Source: an uncultured Chloroflexia bacterium (lineage in GTDB: Bacteria; Chloroflexota; Limnocylindria; Limnocylindrales; CSP1-4). Taken from it: DNA of 64,000 nucleotides. Shown here piece by piece: positions 48,328 to 56,744 of this stretch. Location: NCBI GenBank assembly GCA_963713975.1, contig OY970218.1, forward strand, positions 992,001 through 1,056,000, read 5' to 3'. The notes beneath the pieces were generated by a model that was not told the origin of the DNA, made no database searches, and was given only the letters and a program-made list of their open reading frames with translations. The position numbers and the translations under genes are program-made. Numbering within the stretch: the first letter of the stretch is position 1; each line of letters opens with the position of its first letter.

Positions 48328-48950
48328 CCCGCGGCGTCCGACTCCTGGTGCGCGTCATCCTGCTCGGGGGCCTGGTGGTCGCCGTCGCGGCCTGCGTCGC
48401 GACCATCCTCGTCTGGCAGCAGGGCGACCGTGACGAACAGCGACCCGCCGATGCGATCGTGGTGCTGGGGGCCGCCCAGTACGACGGCCGGCCGTCTCCG
48501 GTCTTCGAGGCTCGGCTGGACCACGCCGTGAACCTGTGGCACGCCGGCCTGGCCAAGGCGTTCGTGGTCACCGGTGGCAAGTTGCCCGGCGACCGCACGA
48601 CCGAGGCGGCGGTTGCCCGCAGGTACGCGATCGAGCACGGGGTGCCCGCGGAGGCGATCTTCGGTGAGGATCAGGCCCACAACACGCTGACGTCGCTGGC
48701 CGCAGTGGCGGACGAGCTCCGCGCTCGAGGCATGGACAACGCGATCTTCGTGTCCGACCCGACCCACATGCTGCGCGTCCTGTGGATAGCCGATGACCTG
48801 GGCATCGATGCGTATGGTTCGCCGACGCCAACCTCGCCGGTCCAGCACGACCTGCTGCGCCGCGCCCAGGCCACGATCCACGAGCTCGGTGCCCTGGCCG
48901 TCTATCTCCTCACCGGCGACAGCCCACAGGTGGAGCAGGCCGGCGGCTGA
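48324..48950 (+). CDS. YdcF/DUF218 family protein
   Basis: DAIVVLGAA, RLD, VTGG, HMLR; start uncertain (CTG overlapping the secA stop, or GTG at 48348). Confidence 0.85.
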
Positions 48951-49276
48951 CGCCCGTCATCCTCGGTTGGGGCCACATCCGCGGACCCCATGGGGCCTCC
49001 CGATATCGGCCATGTCCGTGCCCGATCCGGCACCGTTTCCGTGAACGATCACGGAACTTCGGCCCAGGATGGGCCGAATCTGGACGAAGTCCCCGAAAAA
49101 GACGCCCGAAACCCAGTCTGCCCTCTTGGAATGCGTCGAATCGGCCCCTGATACTCGGAACCAGTCTTCCGCCCCCAGGGACCGGCGCCGTCGCCCATGA
49201 GTCGCCCCGAATGCTCTCGGCGCCCCGTCCCGAACCGTCACCTCCTTCGACAGCGGAAGACGAGGAGAGAGGGACT

Positions 49277-49501
49277 GTGAAGCAGGCCGAGGAAGCCCAG
49301 TTCGTGGATCTGATCGCTTGCGAACGGGACTGCCGGTCATGCAGTTATGCCGCGGCACTCGACTGTGACGGCAACTGCGGCGTCTGCACCCACAACTCCT
49401 ACTGCCCCTGTGTGAACCCCGTCGTCGCCCGGAGCAAGACCGCCCTACGGCTGATCGAGCTCCGTCCGATCCTGCTCCAGGACCTCCGGGTTCGCGCCTG
49501 A
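49277..49501 (+). CDS. Small Cys-rich protein (74 aa, 8 Cys)
   Basis: GAGGAG RBS and GTG; two CxxxCxxC plus CPC; stop overlaps the prfB ATG. Confidence 0.7.
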   Translation: MKQAEEAQFVDLIACERDCRSCSYAAALDCDGNCGVCTHNSYCPCVNPVVARSKTALRLIELRPILLQDLRVRA

Positions 49502-50623
49502 TGGACGCCGCGTCCATCCGCGACCTGGCCGAGCGGATCCGGTCGACCTCGGGGCGTCTTTGACCTAGCCGCCAAGGACATCCGCGTCGCGGAGCTTGAC
49601 GCCCGCGCCATCGAGCCCGGCTTCTGGGACGACCAGCGAGCCGCCCAGAAGGTCGTCCGGGAGGCCGAGGGCCTGCGCGATGAGATCACGCTCTGGCGAT
49701 CCCTGGAGAAGCGCGCCGACGACCTCGTCGAGCTGGTCGACCTGCTCGCGGACAGCCCCGACCCGGACACCGAGCGGGACGTCGAGCGCGAGGCAGACAC
49801 GCTGCGTGCCGAGTTCGAGCGGGAACGCACGCTGCTGCTGTTCTCCGGCGACTACGACGCGAAGAACGCCGTCCTGACGATCAGCGCCGGCGCCGGTGGC
49901 ACCGAGGCCACGGACTGGGCCGAGATGCTCCTGCGGATGTACCTGCGCTGGGCGGAGCGCCACCGCTTCAAGACCGACATCGTGGACTCGCAGGAAGGTG
50001 AGCAGGCGGGGATCAAGAGCGCGACCGTGACCGTGACCGGCCGCTTCGCCTATGGATGGCTGCGCCCGGAGCGCGGCGTGCACCGCCTGGTCCGGATCAG
50101 CCCCTACGACGGCCAGAAGCGGCGCCAGACGACGTTCGCCCTGATCGAGGTGATGCCCGAGGCGGACGAGGACGTGGCCATCGAGCTCAACTGGGACGAG
50201 ATCCGCACGGACACCTTCCGCTCGTCCGGCGCCGGCGGCCAGCACGTGCAGAAGACCGAGTCCGCCATCCGGCTGACGCATGTCCCGACCGGCATCGTGG
50301 TCTCGTGCCAGAACGAGCGATCCGCCACCCAGAACCGCGAGATCGCGATCCGCGTCCTCAAGTCCCGGCTGCTCGAGCTGGAGCTGGAGAAGCGCGAGGA
50401 GGAGCTGCGCAAGTTGCGCGGGGAGCACGTGACGGCGGGCTGGGGCAACCAGATCCGGTCCTACGTCCTGCACCCGTACCAGATGGTGAAGGACCTCCGG
50501 TCCGGGCATGAGACCTCGAACACCGGGGCCGTCCTGGACGGCGACCTGGACCCGTTCATGCAGGCGGAGCTGGAGCGCCTTGCCACCGGACGGCCGCCGT
50601 CCGCGGACGCCGACGACGAGTAG
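49501..50623 (+). CDS. prfB: Peptide chain release factor 2 with programmed +1 frameshift
   Basis: MDAASIRDLAERIRSTSGRL, then CTT TGA C at 49558-49564; +1 frame gives FWDD, SPY, GAGGQ. Confidence 0.95.
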
Positions 50624-50627
50624 GCTC

Positions 50628-51620
50628 GTGGCCGTCGCCGATCGCCCGGCGTACCGGCCCGGCCGCGAAGCGGACCTGGACGGCTGCGTCCGCACCTGGC
50701 GCCTTGCGACGGAGGACTACCTGGTCCGGCTGGGGCAACCGCCGCTGCCCGAGGACACCGCACCCCTGCGCCGGATTCTGGCCCACTCGATGGCAACCGA
50801 CCCGGACCGCTTCTGGGTGGCCACCCTGGACAACGAGGTGGCCGGCTTCTCGTCCGCAACCGTCCGCGAGGGCCTCTGGTTCCTGGCCATGCTGTTCGTC
50901 CGGCCGGACCTCCAGGCGCGCGGCGTGGGCAGGGCGTTGATGGACCGCGCCCAGGCGGGACGCGACGTGGATCCGGGAGGCCCTGCCGTCCCCGGCCCCG
51001 ACGATGCCTTCGACACGGGCATCCACACCTGGGGCATGGCCGCGGATTCGGTCCAGCCGATCTCCAACGCGCTCTACGCCAGGCGCGGGATGGTGCCCAG
51101 GATCCCCGTCTGGCGGCTGCTGGGCGAGGTCAGGCGGTGGTCCGCGCTCCCGCAGCTTCCCCGGTCCCTGGAGGTCGTGCGGCTCGATGGCCCGGCCCCC
51201 GGGAGCGGGGACGGCTGGCAGCCGCAGGACGACGTCGTCGACGAGCTGGATCGCGAGGTGGTGGGATCAGCGCATCGGGTCGATCACGAGTACCTGCGGC
51301 GTGACGGACGCACCGGGTTCCTGGTACGGGATCGCGGCAGCGGACGAGCCGTCGGGTACGCGTACGGGTCGGGGGGCGGGCGCATGGGCCCGATCGCCGC
51401 GGTCGACCCCGATCTGCACCCGGTGCTGGCCGGCGTTGCGATCCGCGAGACGCCGGCCCTCGGCACCGTGGCGCTGTGGGTCCCGGGCCCTGCCGATCGG
51501 ATGACCCGCGCATTGCTCGACGCGGGCCTGCGTTTCGACGGGTTCCCGGGCCTCATCTGCTGGTCACGCCCGGATCACCCGTTCGATCGCTACCTGCCGA
51601 TCTCCCTGGCCCTGATCTGA
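50628..51620 (+). CDS. GNAT N-acetyltransferase
   Basis: LFVRPDLQARGVGRAL acetyl-CoA motif. Confidence 0.85.
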   Translation: MAVADRPAYRPGREADLDGCVRTWRLATEDYLVRLGQPPLPEDTAPLRRILAHSMATDPDRFWVATLDNEVAGFSSATVREGLWFLAMLFVRPDLQARGVGRALMDRAQAGRDVDPGGPAVPGPDDAFDTGIHTWGMAADSVQPISNALYARRGMVPRIPVWRLLGEVRRWSALPQLPRSLEVVRLDGPAPGSGDGWQPQDDVVDELDREVVGSAHRVDHEYLRRDGRTGFLVRDRGSGRAVGYAYGSGGGRMGPIAAVDPDLHPVLAGVAIRETPALGTVALWVPGPADRMTRALLDAGLRFDGFPGLICWSRPDHPFDRYLPISLALI

Positions 51621-51721
51621 CCGGCAGGATCAACGGGGCGGTGCTAGCCTCGGGGGAACGTGGCTCCCTCGACCGTGCCCTCGGACGGAGTCGTCAGCCC
51701 GATCCGCCCTCGAGCGAACGC

Positions 51722-52504
51722 ATGACCGTCCAAGGCCCGTCCCCGTCCCCAGCGCCGCCCCCGTCCCTGCTCGACCGCCTGACCGGCCGCGTGCACCGAC
51801 CCCGGCAGGAGCACGCCGTCGTCGTGCTCCACGACGTCACCATGCGCTATCCCAACGGCCGCGAGGCGCTCAAGGACGTGGACCTGGTGGTCCCGGAGGG
51901 CGACTTCGTGTTCCTGGTCGGCCCGTCGGGAGCCGGCAAGTCCACCCTCATGAAGCTCCTGATCCGCGACGAGCTGGCGACGCGCGGCGACGTGGTGATC
52001 GATGGCTATGATCTCGCCCGGATCAAGCGCCGTCAGGTCCCCAGGATCCGGCGCAAGATCGGGATCGTGTTCCAGGACTTCAAGCTCCTGCCGCGCAAGT
52101 CGGTCTGGGAGAACGTCGCCTTCGCTCTGGAGGTGACCGGCACGCCACGCCGCCAGATCCGGCCGGCCGTGGACCGCGTCCTGGCGCTGGTGGGCCTCAC
52201 GGACCAGGCGGACCAGATCCCCACCCAGCTCTCGGGTGGCGAGCAGCAGCGGACCGCGATCGCGCGCGCGCTTGTCCACGACCCGCGGATCATCATCGCG
52301 GACGAGCCCACCGGGAACCTCGACCCGGTGATCAGCTGGGAGATCATCCAGCTCCTCCTGCGGATCAACGAGCTCGGGGTCACGATCCTGATGGCCAGCC
52401 ACGACGCCGAGGTCGTCACGGCCATGCGCAAGCGCGTCGTCGCCCTCGAGGACGGCCGGATCATCCGCGATGAGCTCGGCGCCACCTACCACCGGGAGGA
52501 CTAG
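51722..52504 (+). CDS. ftsE: Cell division ATP-binding protein FtsE
   Basis: GPSGAGKST, VFQDFKLL, ADEPTGNLD; upstream of ftsX. Confidence 0.93.
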   Translation: MTVQGPSPSPAPPPSLLDRLTGRVHRPRQEHAVVVLHDVTMRYPNGREALKDVDLVVPEGDFVFLVGPSGAGKSTLMKLLIRDELATRGDVVIDGYDLARIKRRQVPRIRRKIGIVFQDFKLLPRKSVWENVAFALEVTGTPRRQIRPAVDRVLALVGLTDQADQIPTQLSGGEQQRTAIARALVHDPRIIIADEPTGNLDPVISWEIIQLLLRINELGVTILMASHDAEVVTAMRKRVVALEDGRIIRDELGATYHRED

Positions 52505-52510
52505 CGGGAC

Positions 52511-53395
52511 GTGATCCCCTTCGTCCTCTTCTCCATGCGGCGTGCCTGGCAGGGGTTCTGGCGCAACGCGCTGATGAGCCTCGCGGCGACGCTGACGATG
52601 GTCCTCATGCTGCTGCTGCTCTCCGGCTTCTTCATGCTCCAGACCGTGCTCCTGGCCAGCCTCTCCTTCGTCGAGGAGAAGGTGGAGGTCGTGGCCTACA
52701 TCGAGACCACGGCGACCCAGAACCAGGTGGACGACCTCGTCGCCAGGATCGGCGCGATGCCGGAGACCTCGTCCGTGGAGTACATCACGCGTGAGGAGGC
52801 ACTGGTCCGATTCCGTGCGGCGCAGGAGGCACAGGGCCGCGAGGACCTCACGAAGTACCTCGAGGCCAACCCGCTGTACGCCAGCGTCAACGTCAAGCTG
52901 ACCAGTCCGAGGGACCTGGACGTCGTGGCCACGGCCCTCCGCGAGGATCCGCTCGTGCGGAACGTCCTCAACATCGATGCCCTGGTGGATCGCGTCGTGA
53001 CGGTGACCAGCTTCGTCCGCACGGCCGGGGTGGCGATGGTGGCGATCGTCGGCGTCATCGTGCTGTTCATCATCGTCAACACGATCCGGCTGGCCGTCGT
53101 GGCGCGCGCGGAGGAGATCGAGATCATGCGGCTCGTGGGGGCATCCGACGCCTTCATCCGCTGGCCGTTCGTGTTCGAGGGCGCGCTCGTCGGGCTGCTC
53201 GGTGCGCTCATCACGCTGGCGCTCCTGGCGATCGCCGCCGATCCGCTGTCACAGGCGATGGTGGGCTTCTTCAACGTGCTGCCACTCCACCTGGGCTCAC
53301 TGGCCCGCGACACGGCCACGATCGTGCTGGCGACGGGGCTGGGGCTCGGCGTGCTGGGGTCGTTCGTGTCGGTGCGGACCTACCTGATCCGGTAG
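52511..53395 (+). CDS. ftsX: Cell division permease FtsX
   Basis: NTIRL...EIEIMRLVGA...IRWPF.FEG. Confidence 0.93.
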   Translation: MIPFVLFSMRRAWQGFWRNALMSLAATLTMVLMLLLLSGFFMLQTVLLASLSFVEEKVEVVAYIETTATQNQVDDLVARIGAMPETSSVEYITREEALVRFRAAQEAQGREDLTKYLEANPLYASVNVKLTSPRDLDVVATALREDPLVRNVLNIDALVDRVVTVTSFVRTAGVAMVAIVGVIVLFIIVNTIRLAVVARAEEIEIMRLVGASDAFIRWPFVFEGALVGLLGALITLALLAIAADPLSQAMVGFFNVLPLHLGSLARDTATIVLATGLGLGVLGSFVSVRTYLIR

Positions 53396-53494
53396 GTCTG
53401 GGGCACCCGTCGGTCGCGGGGCACCCTTCGGCATCCGGCGGTACCCTGTCGACCCGCGCCGGACGGCGCGCCGAACCCGCTCGAGAGCATCGCG

Positions 53495-54880
53495 ATGTCC
53501 CCCGATCCCACACCCGCCGGGGAGCCCGCCGACACGACCCCGGTCGAGCCCGTGCCCGAGCCCGCTCCTGTGCCGACCCTTCTCGCCGAAGGAGGCGCCT
53601 CCCCCACGCCATCACGTCCGGGCCGGCGCACCGGCGTCGCGATCGTGGCCGGCGCCATCATCGCCGTGCTGGCGGGCGGCGCCCTGTTCTTCTCCGGCCT
53701 GACCCTTGGCCGCCAGGCGGCGCTCACGCCGGGCACCCCGGTGAGCGAGGCGGAGGCGTTCCAGCCGTTCTGGGACACCTACCGGGCCGTGACCGAGCGC
53801 TACGCCGGCGGCGAGGTGGACCGCAAGGCGGTGATCGAGGGCGCGATCAAGGGCATGATCGACGCCCTCGGCGATCCGTATTCCCGCTATCTCACGTCCG
53901 ACGAGTTCAAGGCCAGCCTGGAGGGGATCTCCGGGGAGTTCACGGGGATCGGGGCAACCATCGGGACCGTGGACGCCACCGGCGCCACGTCATCCTGCAC
54001 GGACCTGTCCCCTGACTGCCGGATGGTCATCGTGGCCCCGATCAAGGGCTCGCCCGCGGACAAGGCCGGCCTGCGCCCGGGCGACGCGATCACGGCGATC
54101 GACGGCGTGACCGTGGACGGCCAGCCCCTGGACGAGGCCCGGATGAAGGTCCGCGGCCCCAAGGGGGTACCGGTGGTGCTCACGATCGAGCGCGACGGCG
54201 CGACGCCCATCCAGATCGAGGTGGTGCGGGACGTGATCGTCACGCCGGATGTCGAGACCCGGGACCTCGCTGACGGAACGGTTGGCTACATCCGGCTGTC
54301 CGGCTTCTCCGATCACGGTGCAGAGGAGTTCGACCAGGCGGTCGTCGGCAACGTCAAGGCCGGGCGGACGAAGCTGATCCTGGACCTGCGCGGCAACCCG
54401 GGCGGGTTCGTGACCGCGGCCCGCGACATCGCGGGCCAGTTCCTGGCCGACGGCACGATCTTCTGGCAGGAGGACGCGGACGGGAACCTGGTCCAGACGG
54501 TCGCGACGCCTGGTGGTGCGGCCACCGACCCGGCGATTCGGCTGGCGGTGCTCGTCGACGGCGGGACGGCATCGGCGTCGGAGATCGTGGCCAGTGCCCT
54601 CCAGGACCGCGGGCGTGCGGTGCTGGTCGGGTCCACGACGTTTGGCAAGGGCACCGTCCAGCAGTGGACCCAGCTCGAAGACGACACCGGCGGCTTCCGG
54701 CTCACGATCGCCAAGTGGCTGACGCCCGACAAGACCTGGATCCACGGCAAGGGGATCACCCCGGACGTCGTCGTGGACGCCCAGCCGGCGAAGCCCGGCG
54801 ACGACCCGGTCCTGGACGCCGCGCTCGAGAAGCTGGGCGCTGCGACGACCGGCGCCTCGGGCCCCCGCGCGACGGCCTGA
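53495..54880 (+). CDS. S41 carboxyl-terminal processing protease with PDZ domain
   Basis: DPYS, PDZ, LDLRGNPGG, TASASE, FGKG. Confidence 0.92.
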   Translation: MSPDPTPAGEPADTTPVEPVPEPAPVPTLLAEGGASPTPSRPGRRTGVAIVAGAIIAVLAGGALFFSGLTLGRQAALTPGTPVSEAEAFQPFWDTYRAVTERYAGGEVDRKAVIEGAIKGMIDALGDPYSRYLTSDEFKASLEGISGEFTGIGATIGTVDATGATSSCTDLSPDCRMVIVAPIKGSPADKAGLRPGDAITAIDGVTVDGQPLDEARMKVRGPKGVPVVLTIERDGATPIQIEVVRDVIVTPDVETRDLADGTVGYIRLSGFSDHGAEEFDQAVVGNVKAGRTKLILDLRGNPGGFVTAARDIAGQFLADGTIFWQEDADGNLVQTVATPGGAATDPAIRLAVLVDGGTASASEIVASALQDRGRAVLVGSTTFGKGTVQQWTQLEDDTGGFRLTIAKWLTPDKTWIHGKGITPDVVVDAQPAKPGDDPVLDAALEKLGAATTGASGPRATA

Positions 54881-54924
54881 GCGCGAACTCGCCTGCGTCC
54901 GAGGTGGCCTCGGCAACTCGGTGC

Positions 54925-54953
54925 TTGCGCGGCTCCGCAGGATCGGGTACGGT
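54925..54953 (+). promoter_or_regulatory. Sigma70-like promoter of the small transcript
   Basis: TTGCGC-17 bp-TACGGT. Confidence 0.5.
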
Positions 54954-54982
54954 CGCTTGCGAACGAAAGGAGGTGATGTGCA

Positions 54983-55033
54983 GTGATCGACAGTAGTAGT
55001 TGCTGCACCACCTCGTTGGAGATCGCCGCCTAG
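54983..55033 (+). CDS. Candidate 16-aa micro-ORF MIDSSSCCTTSLEIAA
   Basis: Preceded by AAAGGAGGTGAT at 54966-54977; GTG...TAG; flanked by a promoter and a terminator hairpin. Confidence 0.55.
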   Translation: MIDSSSCCTTSLEIAA

Positions 55034-55062
55034 TTGCGATCCCGACGGGTGGTCGGTAGCAA

Positions 55063-55096
55063 ATGAACGCCGGTCCGGCAACGGGCCGGCGTTCGT
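55063..55096 (+). terminator. Hairpin with GCAA tetraloop
   Basis: ATGAACGCCGGTCCG-GCAA-CGGGCCGGCGTTCGT, 15-bp stem with G-U pairs. Confidence 0.7.
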
Positions 55097-55172
55097 GCGT
55101 CCGGGCCACGGGGTCGCGCGTGCGACACTTGCGGCCATTCCCGGCAGCCGTTTCCTCGAGAGGAGTTCCGCC

Positions 55173-55631
55173 ATGGGCGACACGATCGCCCAGAACCGAC
55201 GAGCACACCACGACTACAGCATCGAGGACACCTTCGAGGCTGGCATCGTGCTGCGTGGCACCGAGATCAAGAGCATCCGCGACCACAAGGTGAGCCTCGC
55301 GGATGCCTACGCGCGCATCGAGCGCAACGAGGCCTGGATCATCGGTCTCCATATCGCTCCCTGGGGCACGGCAGACGTCCGCTTCAACCACGAGCCCAAG
55401 CGCGCCCGGAAACTGCTGCTGCACCGCCGCGAGATCGACGAGCTGCTGGGCAAGAGCAAGGCCAAGGGCCTGACGATCGTCCCGCTCCGGATCTACCTGT
55501 CGCGGGGCCGGGCCAAGGTGGAGCTGGGACTCGCCCGTGGCAAGCAGACCTGGGACCGGCGGCGCGAGATCGCGGAGCGCGATGCGAAGCGGGACATGGC
55601 GCGCCAGGTCGCCGAAGCGCGCAAACGCTAG
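55173..55631 (+). CDS. smpB: SsrA-binding protein
   Basis: IAQNRRAHHDY, EAGIVLRGTEIKS, RKLLLHRREI, GKQTWDRR. Confidence 0.96.
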   Translation: MGDTIAQNRRAHHDYSIEDTFEAGIVLRGTEIKSIRDHKVSLADAYARIERNEAWIIGLHIAPWGTADVRFNHEPKRARKLLLHRREIDELLGKSKAKGLTIVPLRIYLSRGRAKVELGLARGKQTWDRRREIAERDAKRDMARQVAEARKR

Positions 55632-55650
55632 CGGGACACGAGGGTCAGGG

Positions 55651-56703
55651 ATGCGGCTCGCACGAATGCTCCAGGCAGTGGACCTGCACGCGGCAGGGGA
55701 ACCCGGTCGGGTCATCGTCGGCGGTGTGCTGGACGTCCCCGGCGCGACGATGCTCGAGAAGGCGCGCCACCTGGAGCAGCACGGTGACGGCCTGCGCCGC
55801 CTGATGCTCCGCGAGCCCCGCGGCTACCCGGCCCTGTGCGCGAACCTGATCCTGCCACCCACCCACCCCGATGCCGATGCCGGGTACGTGATCATGGAGC
55901 ACGTCGAGTACCCGGGCATGTCCGGGACCAACACGATCTGCGTGGCCACCGCGCTGCTCGAGACCGGTATGCTGCCGATGACGGAGCCGGTGACCGAGAT
56001 CGTGCTCGAGGCACCGGCGGGCCTGATACGGATCCGCGCGACCTGTGCCGACGGCAAGGTCACCGGAGTGACCTTCCGCAACGTGCCGGCCTTTGCGACG
56101 CATCTCGACAGGCCCGTCGAGGTCCCGCAGCTGGGCACTGTCGTGGTGGACGTCGCCTATGGCGGCATGTTCTACGTCATCGCAGACGCCGTGGCGCTGG
56201 GGTTCAGCCTGGTGCCCGACGAGGGGCGCGACATCACGCGCGTGACAGAGATGATCAAGGCCGCCGCCGCCGAGCAGCTGCCGGTCGTCCACCCGGACCA
56301 GCCAGGGTTTGCGGGCATCACCATCGGTCAGCTGTCCGGTCCGCCCCACGATCCGCGCAACTCCTGGCGGAACGTGACCACGGTGTCCACCGGGACGCTC
56401 GACTGGTCGAAGCCGTCGACGTGGACCGGCGTCATCGACCGGTCTCCGTGCGGGACCGGCACCTGCGCCAAGATGGCCGTCCTCCATGCCAGGGAACAGC
56501 TGGGGCTGGGCGAGGACTTCCGTCACGAGGGGATCCTCGGGACGGTGTTCACGGGCCGGTTGACCGAGGAGGTGCGCGTGGGTGAGCGGACGGCTGTCGT
56601 GCCCACGATCAGCGGGACGGCGTGGATCACCGGCTTCGCGAGCTACGTGGTCGACCCCACGGACCCGTTCCCGGAGGGCTACACGGTCGGGGACATCTGG
56701 TAG
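55651..56703 (+). CDS. Proline racemase superfamily enzyme (Ser/Cys type)
   Basis: DLHAAGEPGR, EPRG, MSGTN, DRSPCGTGT. Confidence 0.9.
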   Translation: MRLARMLQAVDLHAAGEPGRVIVGGVLDVPGATMLEKARHLEQHGDGLRRLMLREPRGYPALCANLILPPTHPDADAGYVIMEHVEYPGMSGTNTICVATALLETGMLPMTEPVTEIVLEAPAGLIRIRATCADGKVTGVTFRNVPAFATHLDRPVEVPQLGTVVVDVAYGGMFYVIADAVALGFSLVPDEGRDITRVTEMIKAAAAEQLPVVHPDQPGFAGITIGQLSGPPHDPRNSWRNVTTVSTGTLDWSKPSTWTGVIDRSPCGTGTCAKMAVLHAREQLGLGEDFRHEGILGTVFTGRLTEEVRVGERTAVVPTISGTAWITGFASYVVDPTDPFPEGYTVGDIW

Positions 56704-56744
56704 GCGGGACGACGTGCCGCCGCTGCGGCGAAGGACGCCTCGCG

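Noticed and set aside
49277-49501. RiPP (ranthipeptide) precursor
   Set aside because: No radical SAM maturase or transporter is adjacent; the motif spacing fits metal binding better.
49925-50623. Apparently truncated prfB or pseudogene
   Set aside because: Explained by the well-known programmed +1 frameshift at CTT TGA C.
54983-55033. Type I toxin or a piece of a two-piece tmRNA
   Set aside because: The peptide is not hydrophobic, no tRNA-like ends or CCA are evident, and a normal tmRNA 5' end is present at 63931.
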